Of a stretch of DNA of 51,891 nt, positions 1-9,216 are shown in pieces. The position numbers and the translations under genes are program-made. Each line of letters begins with the position of its first letter. Position 1 is the first letter of the stretch. This DNA is from Fimicolochytrium jonesii. Taxonomy: Eukaryota. Under the pieces are notes generated by a model. It was not told where the DNA came from, did no database searches, and saw nothing but the letters and a program-made list of their open reading frames with translations. The stretch spans positions 1,736,001 to 1,787,891 of the forward strand of contig NW_026515671.1 of assembly GCF_025526975.1 (NCBI RefSeq), in the 5' to 3' direction.

Positions 1-287
1 TGCATTTCAACCCGATGACGATGATGGGCATGCTGGGCCACCACCCGCATCACCATCATAACCAGCAGATGCAGATGCAGATGATGCATCAGATGCATTT
101 GCAGCAGCAGCAGATGGGGATGGGGATGGGTGGGCAGAGGGGGGTGGTGGATGAGCAGCAGCAACATCGTAGCGCCACTTCTACTGGTGGTGCCACTGGC
201 GGTGCTGGTGAAGAGGCGAGTGAGGAAGAAGGGTTTGCGAGGAGGAAGGAAGATGGGACTGGGAAGAGTGAGCCGCGGGCTGCGTAA
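1..287 (+). CDS. 3' end of a gene encoding a His/Gln/Met/Gly-rich low-complexity C-terminal tail (5' part outside window)
   Basis: Open frame with poly-H/poly-Q tracts ending at TAA 285-287; no recognisable domain. Confidence 0.4.
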   Translation, partial: HFNPMTMMGMLGHHPHHHHNQQMQMQMMHQMHLQQQQMGMGMGGQRGVVDEQQQHRSATSTGGATGGAGEEASEEEGFARRKEDGTGKSEPRAA

Positions 288-536
288 GGCGCGCCCCCAT
301 ACTATATTTACGTCGGGGCGCGGAGACGGAAAGTGGGAGGTCGGAGCCCCAACAGCAACACACAGCGGGAAGAACCCAAAAGCGGGCAGATAGCCCCCGG
401 GGTTTATAGGCATAGCAAAATAGTATTACAACTGTCTCACCCCGCCGCCGCCCGTTGAAAGGAAAGGCATACCATTACAACAAAGCAAAGCCATTTTGTG
501 AACGTTGAAAGAGGGCATTGGGGATATCTATTGCTG

Positions 537-607
537 TAGACGTGCGGAAAAAAAAAGCATCAACGCGCAGTCCCAGGTATCCAGCAGTATCCTGACCGTG
601 CGGAAAC
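537..607 (-). ncRNA. Candidate Fanzor omega-RNA scaffold (element right end); the guide would be the flank immediately below 537
   Basis: Lies ~185 nt downstream of the Fanzor stop. Folds into a hairpin (CGCACGGUC/GACUGCGCG 8 of 9 paired, extended by AGG/CCU). TTTCCGCACG is repeated at both ends and the segment ends at TA. Confidence 0.45.
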
Positions 608-704
608 ATGAAAGATACCATATGTAATCAGATACCATTGATGAATGTCATTACACAGCTTTATGTTCGAACAGTTTTGACTGTTTCCCGACAGCTACAA
701 GTTG

Positions 705-759
705 CCATCATCGGCGACGCCTCAGGCAGAGGTACAATGATGTGGATGGCAGATAACCA
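705..759. repeat. 55-bp direct repeat, copy 1 (Fanzor 3' UTR); identical to 1724-1778
   Basis: ccatcatcggcgacgcctcaggcagaggtacaatgatgtggatggcagataacca occurs at both positions. Confidence 0.95.
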
Positions 760-792
760 CCACGGAAAATGGGATGGGGTGAGGATTCTAGA

Positions 793-1643
793 CTACCTAC
801 GGTTACGGGAGAATACGTCTGGTCTGCGGCCATTGCCAAACACCACCGAACGCACAATCGAGAGGAAATTCTTGGTGCTTAGGACGTCCCGATTGTGCAC
901 TCTCATCCGTAGTGGTCGTCTTCCAGGAATCTCAAATGGCGTCCAGTCTTGGTTGATACATTTGGGGTTGGGGCAACCCACCAATCCATGGACGTATTCC
1001 ATTCTTCCCTTTCGGGCTTGCCACGGCCGAGGTGACAGCCGGGGTCGGATGTTTTTCTTCACACGCCCGTGGCAGTCTGGGCACACGGAAGACGTTCGAT
1101 ACTCATCTAACAAGTAGCATGGAATGCTGTTTCTTGCAAAGAGGGTGCGGAATCTGATTTCCATGATGAGTTAGCATATTAAAATACTTAAAAAACAATG
1201 ATGGTCACTCACCCCTTGGTCTTTGATGACTCCTGAAAGCGCATGGTTTTTCCAGCGTCGCTCCAATCACCCAAGATGACGGCAAAATGCTTTCCATACA
1301 GGCGTCGCATGTTCTTGATGAGCTTGCTCTCAGACTTTTGCCGCAGTGAGAACGCCTTGAATCTGCGAGCGACGTGAATCTCATCCTGGTAAAACTCATC
1401 CAGGGCGGGATCTGGGATATGGATGTCAGCCCATGTATTACCAAATTTGAAGACAAAGCATGATACATCATACCCGCATGTTCGTAATCCACAATGAACG
1501 CTGAGAACGCCTCAATGTCCATGCTCTTGTGCGACGGAATATGTGATTCCATCTCAGCGATGCCGGCATTGATCTTTCGCTCTGTCATGTCTCGTTGAAA
1601 GTACCGAGACTTTGTCTCGACCGCCCGTTGATTGGATGTGTAT
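793..1643 (-). pseudogene. Fz1: Fanzor1 (TnpB-like RNA-guided endonuclease), 5'-truncated; exons 1643-1474, 1411-1213, 1153-793
   Basis: Removing GT-AG introns 1473-1412 and 1212-1154 gives a stop-free ~242 aa frame: YTSNQRAVETK...EMESHIPSHKSMDIEAFSAFI...ILGDWS...KGFRTLF...LLDEYRTSSVCPDC...HGLVGCPNPKC...HNRDVLSTKNFLSI...RPDVFSR*. RuvC-II E, the C4 zinc finger and RuvC-III D are present. The N-terminal REC/WED region and RuvC-I are absent. Confidence 0.9.
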
Positions 1644-1678
1644 CTGGTATGGGGTGGTGCATTGTGAGATTACTACTG

Positions 1679-1879
1679 CCCTGCTGTCCCCGCTGTCCCC
1701 GCTGTCGCCGCTATCCCCGCTGCCCATCATCGGCGACGCCTCAGGCAGAGGTACAATGATGTGGATGGCAGATAACCATGCCCCTATCCCCGCTGTCGCC
1801 GCTATCCCCGCTATCCCCGCTGTCGCCGCTGTCGCCGCTGTCGCCGCCGCTATCCCCCCTGTCGCCGCCGCTGTCCCCG
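1679..1879. repeat. 9-bp GC-rich minisatellite (C[C/G]CCGCT[G/A]T) interrupted by copy 2 of the 55-bp repeat (1724-1778)
   Basis: Directly visible tandem units; explains the SGD/PAI/AAV repeat ORFs. Confidence 0.9.
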
Positions 1880-1949
1880 GTTTCCGAGTTATACAGCCCG
1901 TAGTGCAACATATGACCGTAACCATGTCTGTGTTCCATAGACGTCATCA

Positions 1950-2031
1950 GACACTGTGTCCGAGTGGTTAAGGAGTTTGCCTCGAAAGCAAATAGGCTTT
2001 GCCTGCAGAGGTTCGAATCCTCTCAGTGTCG
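1950..2031 (+). tRNA. tRNA-Ser(CGA): tRNA-Ser (anticodon CGA)
   Basis: Acceptor stem GACACTG/CAGTGTC, D-loop GAGTGGTTAAG, anticodon arm TTTGC-CT-CGA-AA-GCAAA, long variable arm, GGTTCGAATCC T-loop, discriminator G, followed by a T-run Pol III terminator. Confidence 0.97.
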
Positions 2032-2788
2032 ATCTTTTTTCCTCTTTCTTCCATTTTGCACACCATGCGCTACAGTACCATGACCAGCGACAGGGAGACG
2101 AAGGGAATGATAAAAGGCTTTTGCATCAAACCGACGTCGCTGTCCGAATGTCCCCACGAATGGCCATTGTCCCCTTCGTGGATAGGCGTGAGCGGCTCAA
2201 CATAATGGCTGGTTCCGCTATTGCGGCTACACGGACTGAATCGGATATCACGGCTGTACAAGGGACGTCAAGGCCAGTGTCTGTGTCGCTTTGTTTTTCT
2301 TTGTCTCAGTCTCGACCTAAGGGAAGCTGTGCAAGCGAACGTTCGACCAGAGGCGCGCCTCCGCCGTTCGTTGTCGCCAACAAGCAGCGCAAAGTCTGCG
2401 GATGGTCGCTTTTCTTTTTCCTTTTTTTTCATGTCAAGTGGAAACGAGAGAGGTTTCGTTGGTGAATGATCAGGCGCCTCGGCGGCAAAAAGCAATTGTT
2501 GAGACGATTCAAAAGCAAGAGGTGTCTATTCAATCCACGTCCAACGTGAGGGGACAACCTACACGATAAAGCGATCTCCACGCCGTAATGCTATGTGAAT
2601 CATATGCTCCTGTACATGGGATAACTAATCGCTACATATGTGCAAAACCTATGCTACAATGGAGTCTTGGCGTGTCGGAATGTGGGAGATACACGAGGGG
2701 CATGTGAGGGCCTTTCATATGTCTTTGGTTGAGTTGCCGCTGTGGGAGGCGGATGGTCGTGATTGGGAAGATGGGGTTGAGATGGGGT

Positions 2789-4921
2789 TTAGGCGGTGGT
2801 GGTGGCGGTGGCGGCGGCGATCTCGTGGAGGTACTGTCGGATAGTACGGACAAATGAGTTACTATTCACAAGAATCAGCAATGCAAAAGCAATCAATCCT
2901 CAAAACTCACAGTCCCCAAAAGCTTGATCCCCTCGACATAGTTCTTGGTCGGGATGCTCTCATCGATCGAGTGGGCGCCGTCGGCGGCGGTGCCCATGGG
3001 CAGAAGCAGCACGCTGCGGTTGAGGGCTTCTTGGAAGGTGAGCGTGACGGGGATGGAGCCGCCTTCACGGGTGTAATCGGGCTTGACTTTCCAGATGCGC
3101 TCGGTAGCTTTTTCCGCGGCGACTGTGGGGGTGTAAGGAGGTTTATGTGAGTGATCACAGAGTTTCTGACGTGATGGAGGCGAGATTGTTCTTAAAGAAA
3201 CATCACACCGCTTACCATAGTTGTAATGGTTGGTGTCAGCGACCCAGCACTTTCCACCGTGAGAGCAGTCAAGCTTGATCGTGTTCTTGGAACCCAACTT
3301 GGCAAACTCCTCGTCGACAAACTTCTTCACGAGCCTGTTGATCTCCTCGGGCTCCATGTTGGGCACGGACCGGATGGAGAACTTGCCAACAACCTTCGCG
3401 GGGATAACGGTCTTGCTTCCAGAGGAGTGGAACGCACCCTCGATACCGTGCAGCGACAGAGAGGGGAACCTCCAGCGGGCCATGAGAGCGTCCTTCTCCT
3501 TGTTGTGAATGGTGACTTTCGAGTCCATGGCCTCGTGCAGGTCGTTGAGGGTAAAATCCAGGCTGTCGTACAGCTTGTCTTCGTCGGCGGTGACGGCGAC
3601 GACCGAGTCGTAGATGCCAGGGATGAGAATCTTGCCGTTGGGGGAAACAAGCTTGCTGAAGATGATGGCGAGGTCGGTCATGGGCTCGTGGACGGTTCCG
3701 CCAAACACGCCAGAGTGAAGGTCCTTTCCGGGACCAGAGATCTCAAGCATGTAGTAAGAGATACCGCGGAGACCGTAGGTGATGCAAGGCTTCGTTGTGC
3801 CGAGCCAGTAGTTGTCACTGATGCACACACAGTCGACATCGCCAAAGAACTCGCCCTTGGCTTCCTTGTAGATGAACTCGTCCAGACCTTCAGAGCCGGA
3901 CTCCTCCATGCCCTCGAAGCACATTTTCAAGTTGACAGGGAATTCGACGCCAAGCTTCTTGTGGGCTTCGATAACCCACAGCCAACCGAGGATGGGGGCT
4001 TTGTCGTCGGTAGAACCACGCCCGTACAGCCTGCCGTCAGCGGCCTCCACCAGCGTCCATGGGTCCGTCTTCCATCCGTCCTCCTTGAACGCAGGCTGCA
4101 CATCGTAGTGTCCGTACACGAGCACGGTCTTTTTCTTAGGGTCAGCACCGTACTGTCCAAGGACAATTGGGGGCAAGTCGAGGGTTTGGCCTTCTAATTC
4201 CTGTGTGCCAGGGATGTGCGTCGAGACGCTGGAAGGGAAGAGATTGAATCAGTACCACTTTCTCTGTGTCTAATAGGTTGTCTAGCAACTTACGTGGCTC
4301 CCAAGGTCTTCAGCTCGGCGACGAGCCACTGTTATTCATCCATAGAAGGAGAGTGGAAATCATGATGAGCTCCGATATACTGTAGCGACGTTAAGAAAGT
4401 TCTGCGGCTGTTTGCATCTTGACCCCCGTTCCCACCGATGGTCTTCGGCCGGTCGAGTAACTCGACAAGTGAACGGTTCCGAAATGCAACCTCTCATCGG
4501 TATGCCAGGGCTAAACCGCGGACTATCCCATCTCCAGAGTCCTCTCGTCCGGTCAACAGCCTGCCAGTGCACGGTTCCCAGCCATTCCGTCCGTGCCTCC
4601 CTTCTATAAGCCCAACCTATCCCCGGCTAGCAGCACTTGCATTGGGCTGCAGGATTTGCATACCTCGCCCATCCTAACAACATCCTTCCTCCTGGCGGCC
4701 TCTCCACTGACGGAAGGAATAGCAACGACTTCTGCAAGACGCTGAACGTAAAAGTCTTTGTTGGCGTCAACGTAGGCGAAGAGCTTGTCGAGGGACGCCA
4801 GCTGGGTTAACAGAAAGGTGTTGGGAGATCAGCAAGGGAGGTGCGGGAATTTGGTGACACTTTGCATACGCACGTCGCTCTTGAGGTCCTTTGGGACGAC
4901 GGTTTGAGGGGCAGCAGACAT
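2789..4921 (-). CDS. DUG1: Cys-Gly metallodipeptidase / cytosolic non-specific dipeptidase (M20A), multi-exon
   Basis: Spliced frame MSAAPQ...LDKLFAYVDANK...EVVAIPSVSG...WLVAELKTLG...YGHYDVQPA...GRGSTDDK...EGMEESGS...DLHSG...REGGSIPV...DGAHS...YLHEIA. An upstream in-frame ATG near 4963 is possible. Confidence 0.93.
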
Positions 4922-5359
4922 GGTTGGCCGTTGCTGCTTTGGGTTGCAGAAGAGGGAGAGCATGAACGACGGGGGCGATGACTTTGAAGTGGCAGGGTGG
5001 AAGTTGGGCAGGGCTTTCGACGTGGCCGTGGGTGCGTTCCACTTAACAGTTATATAGACAGCAGGCGGACCCTCCACGCCCATTTGATCAGACGGCTTGA
5101 CGACCGCGTTGATCAGGATGCCCTTGGGACGTCTCCACTAATCTCGCATCTCGCGAAACACAACCGTCGCACATGATGGTCAGCCATGGCTGCTATGGTC
5201 AGGTCAGGCTGGCTGCGGTCAGGCACACTCCGACCAGCTGCTGGGAGCTTTGGTGAAATGCTGGTGGAAACGGACATAACGGCCGGGAGAGCCGATATTC
5301 GCACTCACTGATGATCAAGCTTCTATTCGCACTCATACTCTGATTGTCATGTGCCCCAG

Positions 5360-5387
5360 TTAGGGTTAGGGTTAGGATTAGGGTTAG
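5360..5387 (+). repeat. Short interstitial telomere-like (TTAGGG)n tract
   Basis: ttagggttagggttaggattagggttag. Confidence 0.85.
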
Positions 5388-5667
5388 TATGATCGAAGGC
5401 CGTCAAGAGCGGAGCGTGTTGTTACGGTAGGTTAATTACCCACCAAGTTTATGTCGCTTATGATCGTGTCAAGTAGTGTCAAGTGGCTGAGAGTGAGTGC
5501 GAATATCGGTTCGGTTCTCATAACGGCCGGAACACATCCTTTGCGTTCTTCGTCTCCTGCCAAAATGTGCGTACAGCGGTCGACTGCCCCTTCGAGAATA
5601 ATGTCCCTCTCTCCGCTATCACACCACTTTGACGTTCTCCAAAAATACCAACTTAGACACAACGTTT

Positions 5668-6914
5668 ATGACTCTTGTAGCTGCACGACCCTGGATTCCC
5701 CTAAGCCGTATTCGTAGCACTACAGGCTTTTCCTCCGCCTCGACATGGGACGACCTCTCCTGCGTCGCTCTGAAAGCGCATTGCATCCTCACAGACGACG
5801 TAAAAGACGTTGTTCCTGTCGAATTCCTGCCCCAGCGATAAGGGTAAGAAGATTTGGCTATCACATTGTTTTCTGAGGAGAACAGGCCTCACATAACCTC
5901 TGACGTGTTTCTGAACCTGGTGTAGAAATCGAGTTTGCACTCCCATTGTTTTCGAATTGGGCCGATCCGAGATTAGGGACGTCGAAAAGCATAGACAACA
6001 TGATAGAATGGTAGCGTCCCTGTACCGCGCACTCTCCCATGTCCTAGCTTCCTCGTCGGTGGAGAACGTGGGCTCTGAGGAATCAAAAGAGAGCGACACT
6101 CAGGACAAAGATGAGGCTGCCGTAGCGACTTTTTTACAGCACTATTTGGACTTCACGATCTCAGATTTTCAGCTCGCTGGGACGCTGGATAATACGCCGA
6201 TGGCAATTTTGGTTAGGTGAGAGAGTAGTTAATATAGTACATGGTTAATAGGTTCAAAGGCGTCTGCGCTAAAATCACCTGAGTACTTGCAGATCTGTCC
6301 CATTCGCCAAGGGGGTTTGGTTACAGGGGGCTCTAATACCATGTAAAACAGACGGGTCTGTGGCCGTCGCCATCGCTAGTGGAAAGAGATCCACTACCAC
6401 CCGCACGCAATTTCCAATTGCTCTTGAGTGCAGGCGGCTTCTTTACAGGAAACCGGCCTCTAACATTGTTTGTTGCTCAGAGGGCCGCCGAACTGATTTC
6501 CATTGGACAACATGCCCGAGAACAGAAACCGCATGCAGATCCGGAGGTAACGTTGGCTAGAAGTTCCTTTTGCCGGAAGGCCAAATGCTGATTCTCGTGC
6601 ATCGCACACAGAGTCTTGGAATCGTACTTCACTGCCGCCATGCGCAAATTATCTCAGCGGTATTTTCCGCGGGCTACCTGGAAAAGCTCGATACCTGGAA
6701 TGATTTGGCGGAAAATGATTTTTTGCTTATCAAAGCGACCAAACCGTATGATATGGGAAAGGGCGAACATAGGAAAAACTTTACGATCGCCGTTATTGGG
6801 CTGATAAAGTATTTCGGATCGGGTACGCACGTATCGGCAGGTTGGATGAGCTACAGTCCGCCTAGTGGAATTTCGAAATTGAAGTGGTGGGCGTGCCGTA
6901 TCTCGATTCTATGA
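5668..6914 (+). pseudogene. Putative PD-(D/E)xK restriction-endonuclease-fold protein (fungal accessory/Crinkler-type REase-like), frameshifted
   Basis: Ordered motifs SSASTWDD, EAAVATFL, KTDG...IALEC, AQRAAELISIGQ, GIVLH...SAVFSAGYLEKL, PYDM; GT-AG introns; single-base shifts near 5830 and 5945. Confidence 0.45.
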
Positions 6915-8084
6915 ACGCCCCCCTCAGGCCCGTGCGGAAAACCTGCATAGGGGAGGCAGAGGAGGGGAGAGACACGGACACTCTAACGGGACTGGATCTG
7001 GAGCAGTGTTGTCTGACTTCGGACCGCACTGGACCGTCTCTTGGTCTCACAAGCGGAAGCACAGCAGACCCTTCCGCAGTGGCATCTAGATCCCACCTAC
7101 CATCGTAACCATTTCGTCTCTTCCGAACACACAGCGGTGGAAGACCCCAACCACAGCGACGGAAGGTCTTCCACCGCTGTGTTTGGGAGAGACGATGTGC
7201 TATTGGACGTGCGACGAAACTATAGCGGGGTTTTCACGCATTCTGAGAGGCGAACGTCGTTGAATCTGCTTGGGGCGAAGGATTTACTGACGTCGCGGAC
7301 GCAGAGAGAAAGACTCGGAAACGGTCGCGGAATCACTGAGGAGATGACTGCTGAGGTGTCTGACCGAAGAGCGGAACCAGTACGGCGGCCGTCGGTCTCA
7401 CGCACAAGCATATTCGAAACCACTCAGCACGCAAGACCCATTCAAGAAGGGCACTCCAGAACACTTAGAGCAGGAATCCACTGGCCATCAATCGGCAAGG
7501 AGCGCTGCTGTGCCGGAGGCTAGGAAGTGCTCTCGCAATGATCTCGATCCTTTTAACGGCGACCGGATGGGACAGTTCTGCTGCGCGAGACAACAATGGA
7601 GGTAGAATGCACGGAAGCATCTGCCAGCATTCTAGATCGCATTTTCGCAACTATGCTCCACATTGCGCCCTTTCCAACCACGGTCAGCAACATCATTCAC
7701 CTCAGGCTTTGTTGAGGTTGGCTTCGCTGAGGTTGGCTATCAACAATGAGGTGAGCGCCAGCGCCCACGTGCTCTTCAATTTTAGCATCCCCACGCCAAT
7801 CAGTAGGGTAGACGGACTAAACAGCAACAGTGGGAACGCTTGCCGCATGCGCAAACATTATGCGGGAGGGCCCGGTTTACAGGTGGTCAGTACCAGGTGT
7901 CTCCATGGGCCCCGCTCTCAGCCTTTCTCCTGCAACCCCCTCCCCCCCCTCTTTTCAAAGCAAAAGCGTTGCCAATCCCACACCACAGTGAGAATCGCAA
8001 TGAAAAATAATGAGAGGTGAACACTATGTACTCCGACCTTTCAGATCGGAGTGTGTCACTTAGTGACTAATGCGTCTACTTGTT

Positions 8085-9130
8085 CTACACCGTGCCTCCT
8101 CTATACCATGCGGGAAACCTCCTCCAAAATAAAGGTCGGGCGCAGGCTAGGGCTAAGATAAAGCATGAACCCATATGAGTAATTATAAAAAGTATTGCTG
8201 GAGTCAAGGTCGTCACGACCATTCGTCGGAGGACCATTCGGGGTGCTTCGTCGCGGGGAAGGGGAGTGGAGATCGGTGGCGGCCCGGGGAGGGAGTCTGA
8301 GCCGAAGGCGGTGACAGATGGATAAGCAAGGACAAGCGGAGGCACACAGGAATTTTGAGACACCTCACCATTTGTGACATATGGAGCTGGAGCTGAGTCC
8401 TCCTTCATGAACCGGCCGTATCACCTTCCGCTTCCTGTTGTCCTTTCGAAATCTTCTTTTTGTGATCCCCGCTTTGGCAAAGATAGCTCCCCCATTCTAG
8501 CGGGGATATCCACCTTGGAACAGTAGGCGCCGCAGGAGCGGGTGAGCAGGGTCTTCACCGGCGCCCAGCTTATGAAGTCCCTGACTATGCTCCTTCACAA
8601 ACTTTTCTAAGGACCGCAGGTTCTTCTTGTCACTAAGATCTTCGTCTGTGATCCCTGCGTTCGCAAAGACGGCTTTCCAATCCAGCGGGATGCGTTTGGA
8701 TTTGATTGGGTCATCCATTTCCTGCCGAATGTTTGGGGGACGCTTCATTCAACAGTGTCCCTCCATGGAAGAACATCAAATCGATAACGTACGGTGTCTT
8801 CGCCGTCGTAGCCTAGACCGCTTGCCTCGCTCGCTAGGAATCTCTGTCGTGAGATTGTAGGTCCTGCACCTTCCGTGTTTTCAATGATATGCATGAGTTC
8901 CTTCCCCGTTTTGAACTCAACCTTAAACTGTTTTGCGCGGGGGGACTCAACGTAGTCATAGTCCTAAGGAGAGCGAACGGAGTGCTGAACCCTGGTACCC
9001 GTGACAAGAGACCATCGACGTCCTCAAAGTCTTCAAGCGGGGTTTTGCGAGAACGCGACACGTCATCCCGTAAGCAAACACTCGCTGGCGTTCGACGTGT
9101 GCTGGGCATAAAACGGCCGCTGCTCGACAT
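8085..9130 (-). pseudogene. Degenerate gene with two copies of a WASP/Las17 GBD-helix-like segment and a hydrophobic C-terminus
   Basis: IPLDWKAVFANAGITDEDLSDKKNLRSLEKFVKEH plus a frameshifted second copy, PLEWGAIFAKAGIT(K)EDF; no WH1 or VCA region seen. Confidence 0.35.
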
Positions 9131-9216
9131 GTATGTAACTTCCGACGCAATTTACAATCTCCCCACGACACAAAACACACAGCATCACCGCAAGGGTCAT
9201 CCCGTCTCCGCCCACA

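Larger units (their letters stand above)
539..1910 (-). mobile_element. Non-autonomous Fanzor1-carrying DNA transposon, internally deleted
   Basis: Contains the Fanzor RuvC/Zn-finger exons. Candidate left end (minus strand) is CATA|TGTTGCACTACGGGCTGTATAACTCGGAAAC at 1914-1880. Candidate right end is GTTTCCGCACGG...TTTCCGCACGTC|TA at 607-537. The ends share inverted GTTTCCG/CGGAAAC and GCTGTA-n5/6-CGGAAA motifs, with TA at both flanks. The right boundary is uncertain (TA at 537-538 or 529-530). Confidence 0.6.

Noticed and set aside
1554..1971. ORFs with SGD/PAI/AAT repeats, or a CRISPR-like array next to the nuclease
   Set aside because: They are translations of a 9-bp minisatellite; there is no repeat-spacer periodicity, and one ORF runs into the tRNA
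3226..4197. 323-aa plus-strand ORF, and similar long antisense ORFs over SEC26, GST and the carboxypeptidase
   Set aside because: Antisense shadows produced by GC3-rich codon usage of the real genes
4361..4370. ATGATGA box C in the long DUG1 intron (C/D snoRNA)
   Set aside because: It lies antisense to the host transcript and has no matching box D with a terminal stem
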